A stretch of 61,733 nt of DNA from Thermoanaerobaculia bacterium (GTDB lineage Bacteria > Acidobacteriota > Thermoanaerobaculia > Gp7-AA8): NCBI GenBank assembly GCA_017883265.1, contig JADGNX010000002.1, forward strand, positions 1 to 61,733, written 5' to 3'. Under the pieces are notes generated by a model, which worked only from the letters and a program-made list of their open reading frames with translations, did no database searches and was not told where the DNA came from. This document shows, one piece after another, positions 1-8,603 of this stretch (positions are counted from its first letter, which is position 1; each line of letters begins with the position of its first letter). A program made the translations under genes and the position numbers.

Positions 1-621
1 GATGACTGGATCGCCATCGACAAACCGGCGGGAATGCCATCGCAGCCGGCGAGGGGCCGAGAGCAGCGCTCTGCCGAGGAGCTGCTGCGCATCATGCTCA
101 AGGAGGAGGGCACCTCGAGCGAGGTGTTCGTCGTGCACCGGCTGGACACCGCGACCAGCGGCGTCCTGCTTTTCGCCCGGAATCAGGCGACCGCCCGCCG
201 CTTTTCCCAGTTCTTCGCGGATCGCGTGGCTCGGAAGACATACCTGGCGGTCATCGATGGAAGGCTCGAGGCGGCAGTGACCGTCGACGAGCCGATCGCA
301 CGCAGCGGCGAAACAACCTTCGCTGTATCGCCGGAAGGAAAGGCGGCAGAGACGGTCGTCCGCCCTCTCGTCGCAACGGCGGCTACCACTCTGGTGGAAG
401 TTGAAATTCGATCCGGCAGGACGCATCAGATCCGAGTTCATCTCGCCTCGCTCGGGCATCCTATCCGCGGCGATCGCAAATACGGCTCCGTCTTGAACGC
501 ACCACGCCTGATGCTTCATGCCTGGCGGCTGGAGCTGCCTGGCATCGCCGAGCTGGTTTCGCCGTTCCCCGATGATTTCCGGACCTTGGCCGCGGCGCTG
601 GAATTGACCCTACCTGTCTAG
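1..621 (+). CDS. RluA-family pseudouridine synthase (5' end outside window)
   Basis: The frame is open from nt 1 ([14 protein letters not shown]...). Motifs [16 protein letters not shown] and [24 protein letters not shown] are typical of RluA/RluD-type synthases. Confidence 0.85.
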   Translation, partial: DDWIAIDKPAGMPSQPARGREQRSAEELLRIMLKEEGTSSEVFVVHRLDTATSGVLLFARNQATARRFSQFFADRVARKTYLAVIDGRLEAAVTVDEPIARSGETTFAVSPEGKAAETVVRPLVATAATTLVEVEIRSGRTHQIRVHLASLGHPIRGDRKYGSVLNAPRLMLHAWRLELPGIAELVSPFPDDFRTLAAALELTLPV

Positions 622-692
622 CCTCAGCGCTGGCGAAGTTTTGGCCGAGGCATCGCTGGAGTTGGGACATTTCTTCGTCAGCCAAGAGCGGT

Positions 693-751
693 GGCGCACC
701 CTTCCGTGCGCCTGCGTGGAACATGGCCAGCCGGCCGCCTCCTGGCGGCCG
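693..751 (+). terminator. Two tandem GC-rich hairpins downstream of the pseudouridine synthase gene
   Basis: GGCGCAC-CCTTCC-GTGCGCC (693-712) and CGGCCGCC-TCCT-GGCGGCCG (732-751). There is no U-tract, so the terminator role is inferred from position only. Confidence 0.3.
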
Positions 752-839
752 AAGCGGTCGGCTCCCCGCTGGAACGGTTTGCGCGCCGCCAGTCGAATTG
801 GCGCAATTTGATACGCTCCCCCTTCTGTTCAAGGCCGCT

Positions 840-1379
840 ATGGACGATCAGATCATTCGGGCTACGACGATTCTCTCGGTACGACGCGGCGATCAGGTCG
901 CGGTCGCCGGCGACGGCCAGGTGACCGTTGGCACGACCGTCATGAAGCACGGTGCGGCGAAGGTGCGGCGGCTCTACCATGACCAGATCCTGGCCGGCTT
1001 CGCCGGTTCTGCAGCCGACGCCTTCGCTCTTTTCTCCCGCTTCGAGGGGAAGCTCGAAGAATATCGCGGCAACATGGAGCGCTCGGTTGTCGAGCTGGCC
1101 AAAGACTGGCGCATGGACAAGTACCTGCGTCAGCTTCAGGCCTTCCTCATCGTCGCCAACCGCGAGAAATCCTACCTCCTCTCCGGAACGGGAGATCTGA
1201 TCTCCCCGGACGATGGCTTGCTGGCCATCGGTTCAGGGGGCCCGTACGCGCTGGCCGCGGCTCGTGCCCTGATGCGGCACAGCGCGATGACGGCCGCTCA
1301 GATCGCTGCCGAAGGTCTGCAGATCGCCTCGACGATCTGCATCTACACGAACGACAACATTACGGTGGAAACACTCTGA
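840..1379 (+). CDS. hslV: ATP-dependent protease subunit HslV
   Basis: [29 protein letters not shown]..., with [14 protein letters not shown]. The ATG at 840 is preferred over the longer 723 ORF because it places the N-terminal Thr correctly. It ends 2 nt before hslU. Confidence 0.9.
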   Translation: MDDQIIRATTILSVRRGDQVAVAGDGQVTVGTTVMKHGAAKVRRLYHDQILAGFAGSAADAFALFSRFEGKLEEYRGNMERSVVELAKDWRMDKYLRQLQAFLIVANREKSYLLSGTGDLISPDDGLLAIGSGGPYALAAARALMRHSAMTAAQIAAEGLQIASTICIYTNDNITVETL

Positions 1380-1381
1380 CC

Positions 1382-2788
<1,407 letters not shown>

Positions 2789-2854
2789 GGCCCTCTTTCT
2801 TCCTAGCGATCGTGCGGTCCCGGCGCTGACGGGTGGTGTTGTAGAATAACATCT

Positions 2855-2883
2855 ATTATCGTTATGTATTCTGCGGAATTCAA
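2855..2883 (-). promoter_or_regulatory. Sigma70-like promoter motif on the minus strand inside an AT-rich island
   Basis: Minus strand reads TTGAAT (2883-2878), a 17-nt spacer, then GATAAT (2860-2855). It points toward the 3' end of hslU and there is no downstream ORF. Confidence 0.25.
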
Positions 2884-2930
2884 AATGACATGTATTGGCT
2901 GCTGCGTCGTTGCTGCAGCCGCGGATCGGC

Positions 2931-3191
2931 GTCATCCACGTAGCCCAGTGCGTGAGGGCCTGTTGCCCAACTCGATCCGCGCGCATGTCCGGGGACCTTC
3001 CGTGACCCCTGCCGGGGTCGACTGTCGTTGCCGTTCGGTTCCGGTGGCGGCGCGCAAAGGCGCTTGCCAAAGGCTGATCTCCGGCACGCCTTATAGGTGC
3101 TTCAGCGTGCTCGTTGTGCGGGCTTGTAGTCGTGATACCAGTCGAACCGACGTGGGCAACAGGCCCGTGAGCGTTGGGCTACCTGGATGAC
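2931..3191. repeat. ~260-bp element bounded by 39-nt imperfect inverted repeats (MITE-like element or structured ncRNA)
   Basis: 2931-2969 is complementary to 3153-3191: 16/17 and 13/13 Watson-Crick blocks around a 9-nt segment with 3 WC and 4 G:U-compatible positions. Direct repeats CCGCGGATCGGC (2919-2930) and CCGCGGAGCGGC (3193-3204) flank it. Confidence 0.55.
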
Positions 3192-3231
3192 ACCGCGGAG
3201 CGGCTGAAATCCGTGCCGCTGTTATCGCGAC

Positions 3232-3774
3232 CTACTCCGGAATGGCGTGCTGGTGGATCGCCGTGTTGAACGTGCGCCCGCCGACGTCGACATACATCTG
3301 CCGTTCCGTGATGGAGAGCGACAGCTCGGTGCGGCGATCGATCAGCGCCGTCAGCTCGTCGACGAATCCACGATCGAACGAGTAGATCGGAATCTCCGCG
3401 GCCCGATGAATCTTCTTACCGTCCAACTGGCCGAGGAGTTGACGAACCTCCCGATGGGTATACACAGCGGCACGCCCGGCCAGTTTCATGCCGCGATGGA
3501 GCCGGTCGGCGTCCGGCATCCCTACCTCGATCCATGCAGTCATCCTTCCCGTGAGGTCGCGAATGCAGACAGCAGGCTCATCGCCGGCTGCTACTCCCTG
3601 GCTCATCTCGATGCCCTCTGTGTATTCCAGGCAGTACGCGAGAATCCTCATCAACATGTATTCGGGGGTCTCGGATGGCTGTCGCGCCACACGCAAGTCG
3701 ATCGTCTCGTAGACGGCGCGGTCGATGTCGGCAAGCTCGATTGACAGATTGTAAATCGTTGCAGTGAGAGCCAC
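3232..3774 (-). CDS. yaeQ: YaeQ family protein
   Basis: ALTATIYNLSIELADIDRAVYETIDLRVARQPSETPEYMLMRILAYCLEY matches the YaeQ N-terminal signature. The GTG at 3774 gives the expected ~180 aa; the 3900 start adds a non-homologous Arg-rich leader. Confidence 0.8.
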   Translation of the reverse strand: MALTATIYNLSIELADIDRAVYETIDLRVARQPSETPEYMLMRILAYCLEYTEGIEMSQGVAAGDEPAVCIRDLTGRMTAWIEVGMPDADRLHRGMKLAGRAAVYTHREVRQLLGQLDGKKIHRAAEIPIYSFDRGFVDELTALIDRRTELSLSITERQMYVDVGGRTFNTAIHQHAIPE

Positions 3775-3838
3775 CGACTCAGTGTACCGTGGACGAGCCG
3801 AGCCGAAGCCGGTACATAACTGTAGGATCACTGCGCGC

Positions 3839-4585
3839 ATGCGGACAGCCCTTGCCGTCGCCCACATTCTGCTTTCCCCTCTGGTAGCGCGCGCCGACAC
3901 TTTCTCTGATCTGAAGTCGGCGGTATCGGCGCTTCACGCTACACATCCTCTGCACGCAACTGTCGAGATGCAGCGGACGCGCAAGTCCGTGGGACGCTTC
4001 GTCAACCAGGAATCCGTCGGCTCGGCGATCGTTGATGTCATCTCCGACGGCGAGGGTCTGCACATCAGTGTCTCCAAGGCTCTCCTCGACCGCGCGGGCC
4101 GGGAAGCGCGAGAGCATCAGATCGACACCAAGCGAGCCGCTTCCACCCGAGACACGCTCGACGACATCGACGCCTTCGCTGTAGCCGAGAGTCTTGACTT
4201 CGGCGACGCCTTCCTCCGGCTCGTGTCGCTGTGCAAGCCGGTTAGCGAGAGCCGAGCGACGTTTCAGGGAAAGCCTGCCCGCGTGGTGGTCATGAAGGTG
4301 ACTGAACCGACCCGGGAGGCCACCACCATGTTCCACGTCAACTTCACAGATGACCGGCTGACCATCTGGATCGGTGACGACAATCTGCCATTCGCCGCCG
4401 AGCGACGCCAGAAGGGGAGCGCCGGCTTCCTCTTCATCCGCGGCGAGATGAGCAGCCGTCACTCCTGGACCTTCGCCCACCGCGACGACCGTCTCATCGT
4501 CACCCGCTACGATATGACCTACCTCGGCACCGGCTTCGGCCAGCGCGGCGAAGGCAGGACCGTAGAGACGATCACTGTGCGGTAG
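3839..4585 (+). CDS. Hypothetical secreted protein
   Basis: ATG at 3839 gives a signal-peptide-like N-terminus MRTALAVAHILLSPLVARA/DT. GC3-rich codons. No family recognised. Confidence 0.55.
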   Translation: MRTALAVAHILLSPLVARADTFSDLKSAVSALHATHPLHATVEMQRTRKSVGRFVNQESVGSAIVDVISDGEGLHISVSKALLDRAGREAREHQIDTKRAASTRDTLDDIDAFAVAESLDFGDAFLRLVSLCKPVSESRATFQGKPARVVVMKVTEPTREATTMFHVNFTDDRLTIWIGDDNLPFAAERRQKGSAGFLFIRGEMSSRHSWTFAHRDDRLIVTRYDMTYLGTGFGQRGEGRTVETITVR

Positions 4586-4620
4586 GGCCGCGCGGGTGTT
4601 GGCCTTACGTAACTGGGCAC

Positions 4621-4648
4621 GTGGCACAGACAGAAGTGTCTGTGCTAC
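4621..4648. terminator. Strong hairpin between convergent genes (REP-like; shares its arm sequence with 27729-27763)
   Basis: GCACAGACA-GAAG-TGTCTGTGC is a 9-bp perfect stem, extendable to 12 bp. A second copy of the 3' arm (TGTCTGTGCC) lies at 4667-4676. Confidence 0.4.
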
Positions 4649-4683
4649 AGGGAAGCCCGACGGTCTTGTCTGTGCCGGTCACA

Positions 4684-5787
4684 TCACGAGATCGTCTTCT
4701 GGAATGCCCGCGCGCTCGCCGCAATGAGGACCGCCGAGATGGCCAGGAGCGCGAAGACCTCGCCCCAGAGATCGGACAGGGTGGCGCCGCGGATGATGAT
4801 GGCTCGGGAGATCCTGATGAAATGGGTCGCCGGCAGCAAGCGGGAGAACCATTGCAGCGGGACGGGCAGCGAGCCGATCGGGAAGACGTAACCGGAGAGC
4901 AGGATCGACGGCAGCATGATCCCCATGGCCTGCTGCATCGCCTCCATCTGCGTCTTGGCGCGGGACGAGATCAGAAGACCGAACGAGAGCAGCGCCAGAA
5001 GGTAGATCGACGCCAGGACCATCAGCAACGTCAGGCTGCCGTGGATGGGAACGCGAAAGACGACGCGCATGAGGACGAGCACGATCACCAGCTCGATGTA
5101 GGCCAGCCCCATGTAGGGAATGATTTTCCCCAGCACCACTGCCAGTGGCGAGACCGGCGTGACCATCAGCTGTTCGAGCGTTCCGCGCTCCCGCTCCTTG
5201 ACGATGGCGAATGCCGAGAGGATCGTCCCGGAAAATGTCAGAAGAATGGCGATGAGTCCTGGGATGAGCAGATTGGCGCTCCGCATGTCGGGATTGAACA
5301 TCATGAGCGGATGGGCCTCGATCGGCAGCGTCTTCCGATCGGCCGGCATGATCCGTTTGATCGCGGCCTGCAGGAGGACGCCATTGGCTGCCGCCAACGC
5401 CTGGTTGGCGACGCTGGAGTCGGATCCGTCGATGAGGACCAGGACGTTGGCCGTGCGCCCGGCTACCAGGTCACGGGCGTAGTCAGGCGGGATCTCGATT
5501 CCCACCTGAGCGTGGCCGGCGACGATTTCGCTCTGCATCCCATCTCTGGACGAAGCGGAATCGACGATGCGAAGGAATGATGTGGCTTCCAGCTGGTCGA
5601 TCAGCTGGCGCGATTCCTGGCTCCGGCTCTGGTCGAAAACCGCCGTGGGAATGTGCTTCGCGTTCATATCGATGACGCCGAAGAGAATCAGCTCGAAGAC
5701 CGGGACGAGCAGAGCAAAAAAGACCGTTCCGCGATCCCGCAGCATCTGCGTCAGCTCCTTCCGGAGGATGGCGGTGAAGCCGTTCAT
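4684..5787 (-). CDS. ABC-2 type transporter permease (YbhR/YbhS-like)
   Basis: N-terminus LRKELTQMLRDRGT followed by a periplasmic loop and 5 C-terminal TM helices. ATGA overlap with the upstream ATPase gene. Confidence 0.85.
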   Translation of the reverse strand: MNGFTAILRKELTQMLRDRGTVFFALLVPVFELILFGVIDMNAKHIPTAVFDQSRSQESRQLIDQLEATSFLRIVDSASSRDGMQSEIVAGHAQVGIEIPPDYARDLVAGRTANVLVLIDGSDSSVANQALAAANGVLLQAAIKRIMPADRKTLPIEAHPLMMFNPDMRSANLLIPGLIAILLTFSGTILSAFAIVKERERGTLEQLMVTPVSPLAVVLGKIIPYMGLAYIELVIVLVLMRVVFRVPIHGSLTLLMVLASIYLLALLSFGLLISSRAKTQMEAMQQAMGIMLPSILLSGYVFPIGSLPVPLQWFSRLLPATHFIRISRAIIIRGATLSDLWGEVFALLAISAVLIAASARAFQKTIS

Positions 5788-6773
5788 GACCGCCCCGGCA
5801 TCATATGGGCTCGCGCAGCTTCGATCTCGCGTCCCCGGCTTTCGGTGAGCTGGACGAACACATCTTCCAGCGTTGGCTCGATGGCGCCGACGGAGACCTT
5901 GCCCAAATTGAAGTTCTCGAGCTGGTGCCGCACGTCATCGTCACTGAGGCTCTCATCGATCAGAAGGTGAAGGGACGTACCGAAGATCGTTGCCGCTTTG
6001 ATGAAGGGGAGTGTTCGGGCCGATGACATGAGACGAGCAACTCCTTCGGCCGATTCCGCTTGTACCCGTCGCGTTCCGGGAGGTGTCACCTCCGGCAACT
6101 GTTTCAACACCGCTGGCCTGCCTTCGACGATGAGGCGTGACAGATACAGGTAGGCGACCGAGGCACAGCGCTCGGCTTCGTCCATGTAGTGGGTGGTCAC
6201 AAACATGGTGACGCCCTCTGCGGCCAGCCCGAAGAGAAGGTCCCACAGTTCCCGGCGAGCCACTGGATCGATGCCAGCGGTCGGCTCATCGAGGAAGATC
6301 ACGCGCGGCCTGTGCATGAGCGCCGCGGCAAGCGCCAGGCGTTGTTTCCAACCGCCAGAGAGATCCTGGGCCAGCCGGTCCCGATAGATTCCGATGTGAG
6401 TCAGGTCGATGGCCCACTCTTTCCGCTCCTTCCGCTCCTTCCCTTTCAGCCTGTAGATGGAGCTGAAGAAGTCGAGGTTCTCTTCCACCGTCAGATCGCG
6501 GTAGAGCGAGAAAGCCTGCGAGACGTAGCCGATATGTTGCCGTACGAGCTCCCCCTCGTCCTCCACGTCATATCCATCGACCGTCGCCTCTCCCGCTGTC
6601 GGCACCAGCAGACCGCACAGGATTCGTATGAGTGTCGACTTGCCCGATCCGTTGGGACCGAGCAATCCGAAGATCTCTCCCCGCGGAACCTGCAGGGTCA
6701 CGTCGTCGAGCGCCCGGAAGTGGCCGAAGTCCTTTGAGACGTGCCGGACGTCGATGCCGATCTCTTCGCTCAT
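5784..6773 (-). CDS. ABC transporter ATP-binding protein
   Basis: Walker A GPNGSGKSTL, signature LSGGWKQRLALA, Walker B VIFLDEPTAGIDP. The ATG at 6773 forms an ATGA overlap with the HlyD stop; the longer 7043 start is an Arg/Gly-rich artefact. Confidence 0.9.
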   Translation of the reverse strand: MSEEIGIDVRHVSKDFGHFRALDDVTLQVPRGEIFGLLGPNGSGKSTLIRILCGLLVPTAGEATVDGYDVEDEGELVRQHIGYVSQAFSLYRDLTVEENLDFFSSIYRLKGKERKERKEWAIDLTHIGIYRDRLAQDLSGGWKQRLALAAALMHRPRVIFLDEPTAGIDPVARRELWDLLFGLAAEGVTMFVTTHYMDEAERCASVAYLYLSRLIVEGRPAVLKQLPEVTPPGTRRVQAESAEGVARLMSSARTLPFIKAATIFGTSLHLLIDESLSDDDVRHQLENFNLGKVSVGAIEPTLEDVFVQLTESRGREIEAARAHMMPGRS

Positions 6774-7735
6774 GGCTGTCGGGCCTCGAGGCCGAGATCG
6801 ACAGTGGCGGCCATCCCGGCCTTGAGCACCGGATTGGGATCGACCACCACCTTGATCGCGTAGACTTGCTCCGCACGCTGTTCCTGCGTCTGGACATTGC
6901 GTGGCGTGTACTCCCCCTGGTTGCTGATCTGAGCGATCCGGCCTGCGAACGGACGGTGCGGATAGGTGTCGACGAAGACGCGCACCGGAAGCCCCTGATG
7001 CACCACGCCGAGCAGAGTCTCCGGAAGATAGACCCGCACCCACAACTGATCGCTTTCCAGAATCTCGGCTACTCCCTGATTCGGAGCGACCAGGTCGCCG
7101 GGGCGAAGGCTGAACGACTGAACGACTCCTGCCACTGAGGAGACCACGCGCGATTCGTCGCGTTGTTTCTGCAGCGATCCGAGACGAGCCTGTTGTTCCT
7201 GGAGTTGAGCGCGCTGCGTGGCGATATCCTCCGGACGCGAGCCCTTTCGAAGAAGGGCCAGTTGCTGGGCAGAGGTCCGGGCCTGAGTGGTCTTACCGTC
7301 GTACTCCTCTTTCGATACCACGCCCTGGTGAAAGAGCGAAGCAAAGCGCTGCATCTCGCGCCGATCGTGCTCGGCGGCAATCTCGCCCTGCGCGATCTCC
7401 TCGGCCCTCGATCCTGCTAACGCTTTCTGCAATTGCGCAGCGGCGCCGGCAATGGCCGCATTCTGTTCGGCGATCTGGCGATCGACCGTGTCGGTCTCCA
7501 GGGTCACGATGACCTGGTCGCGAACAACGTGGCTGCCCTCATCGATGAAGATCTGACGAACCCGTCCTCCGTAGAGCGAGCCGACGGTGACGGTGCGCGC
7601 TTCCAGCGAACCGGAGAGGATGAGAGGCTTCGGCTTTCGCCGCTCGAAGCTGTACAGCAGCACAGCAACTCCGAGGAGTATGACCACTCCGATCAGAATG
7701 ACCAGTTTGACGACCTTAGCTCGCTTTGCTGCCAC
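6770..7735 (-). CDS. HlyD-family membrane fusion protein (YbhG-like)
   Basis: N-terminal TM helix, a coiled-coil centre, and C-terminal GEYTPRNVQTQEQRAEQVYAIKV. GTG start overlaps the tetR 3' end. Confidence 0.85.
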   Translation of the reverse strand: MAAKRAKVVKLVILIGVVILLGVAVLLYSFERRKPKPLILSGSLEARTVTVGSLYGGRVRQIFIDEGSHVVRDQVIVTLETDTVDRQIAEQNAAIAGAAAQLQKALAGSRAEEIAQGEIAAEHDRREMQRFASLFHQGVVSKEEYDGKTTQARTSAQQLALLRKGSRPEDIATQRAQLQEQQARLGSLQKQRDESRVVSSVAGVVQSFSLRPGDLVAPNQGVAEILESDQLWVRVYLPETLLGVVHQGLPVRVFVDTYPHRPFAGRIAQISNQGEYTPRNVQTQEQRAEQVYAIKVVVDPNPVLKAGMAATVDLGLEARQP

Positions 7736-8387
7736 GACGACCTCCGACTCTTGAACGTGTCTTCTTCCCGGCAGCGCCGAGGACTACCGCACCACCCGTC
7801 CATATCTCGAACAGAGTGTCGAGATAGGTATCGAGTGGGAAGGGACGGTCGAAGACCTTCAAAACCTGGTGGAAGAATGCATACGACTGGAGCGAGCCGG
7901 CGAAGAGAATCGCCGCCGCCCGAGTGTCGCGCAGCCGAAGCGTGCCCGCTTCGGTGGCACGCTGGAGATACCGTTCGATGAGCGGGATGCCGCGCCGCGG
8001 CGGACTGTTCTTACTAGTTGGATCGAATGGGACGCCGAAGGGGGTCCTCGCTCCGACGTGAAGGTGAATGGAGATCGTCTCGGCCAGCCGCTGTTCGGCG
8101 AACGGGACGAACTGTTCGGCGAACCGTCGAAGAGCGATTCTCGGGTCCGGCGTGACATCGGCCGCCTCGAGCTCGGCGAAGAATGGCGGCAGCTCGAGCA
8201 TGCCGGAAGCCATCGATTCCACGAACAGCTTCTCTTTCGAGCCGGCATGCCGCAGAACGGCCGCCGGCGTCACCTTCACCGCCGCAGCGATCTCGGCCAG
8301 GGTCGTGGCTTCGTAGCCCTTGCGGGCAAAGAGAGTGCGCGCGGCCTCGAGGAGTTGCTTGCGATCGATCGTAGGAGGCCGGCCCAT
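7716..8387 (-). CDS. TetR/AcrR family transcriptional regulator
   Basis: HTH region ARKGYEATTLAEIAAAVKVTPAAVLRHAGSKEKLF. It is the first gene of the exporter operon. Confidence 0.85.
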   Translation of the reverse strand: MGRPPTIDRKQLLEAARTLFARKGYEATTLAEIAAAVKVTPAAVLRHAGSKEKLFVESMASGMLELPPFFAELEAADVTPDPRIALRRFAEQFVPFAEQRLAETISIHLHVGARTPFGVPFDPTSKNSPPRRGIPLIERYLQRATEAGTLRLRDTRAAAILFAGSLQSYAFFHQVLKVFDRPFPLDTYLDTLFEIWTGGAVVLGAAGKKTRSRVGGRRGSKAS

Positions 8388-8389
8388 TA

Positions 8390-8409
8390 GTAAATCAACG
8401 TATATTTAC
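8390..8409. promoter_or_regulatory. Candidate TetR operator (imperfect 20-bp palindrome)
   Basis: GTAAATCAACGTATATTTAC has 16/20 positions self-complementary. It is AT-rich and starts 3 nt upstream of the tetR start codon. Confidence 0.4.
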
Positions 8410-8544
8410 AAATGTGCCGTGTCAAGCGCGGGATATGGATTTCCGTGGAGCTTCTCCAAAGTGGAGGGGCGCCCCCTGCGGGAGCCCGCGCGGGAACTGG
8501 GGCCAGCCGCCCACTCTCGGCGGCCGAGGCGGCCGCCGCTCCAC

Positions 8545-8579
8545 GAAGAAAGGGCGGGAAGGCTTTTGGCCCTCCCGCC
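8545..8579 (-). terminator. Intrinsic terminator of the TonB-dependent receptor gene
   Basis: 11-bp stem GGCGGGAAGGC/GCCCTCCCGCC (one mismatch) with a 5-nt loop. It is followed on the minus strand by CTTTCTT and sits ~25 nt after the stop. Confidence 0.45.
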
Positions 8580-8603
8580 TTCCGGTAATGAATGGATCGA
8601 GGC

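Noticed and set aside
807-817. 11-mer TTTGATACGCT shared upstream of hslV (807-817) and eda (19769-19779), considered as a common regulatory box
   Set aside because: Shared 11-mers are expected in the hundreds to thousands of pairs by chance in 2 x 61.7 kb. The distances to the start codons differ (22 versus 6 nt), and no palindromic or promoter structure is shared.
2864-3190. 108-aa Cys-rich ORF (..KMTCIGCCVVAAAA..) in the hslU/yaeQ spacer, considered as a small peptide/RiPP precursor
   Set aside because: Third-codon-position GC is visibly much lower and more T-ending than in the real genes here. There is no convincing SD motif, and the ORF runs straight through both arms of the inverted-repeat element.
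2789-3231. tmRNA, RNase P RNA, SRP RNA, 6S RNA or tRNA in the large spacer
   Set aside because: There is no acceptor/T-arm with a CCA-proximal GGTTCGAAT-type loop and no tag ORF ending in a stop after the GCAGCAGCC-like codons. GGAAGGTCCCCGGAC only loosely resembles the RNase P P4 strand and sits in the wrong position. The length (~260 nt) and shape do not fit 6S or 4.5S RNA.
4621-5580. 319-aa Asp/Arg/Gln/His-rich ORF antisense to the ABC-2 permease
   Set aside because: It has extreme composition, and the opposite strand encodes a well-formed membrane permease coupled to its ATPase.
5784-7043. Long N-terminal extensions offered by the ORF track (also 34936-36579 sufB, 31496-32818 sufS, 36375-37052 rrf2, 44866-46350, 38215-40641 glyS)
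   Set aside because: The extensions are Arg/Gly/Pro-rich and overlap the upstream gene. Internal starts reproduce the conserved N-termini and give ATGA/GTGA coupling with the preceding stop.
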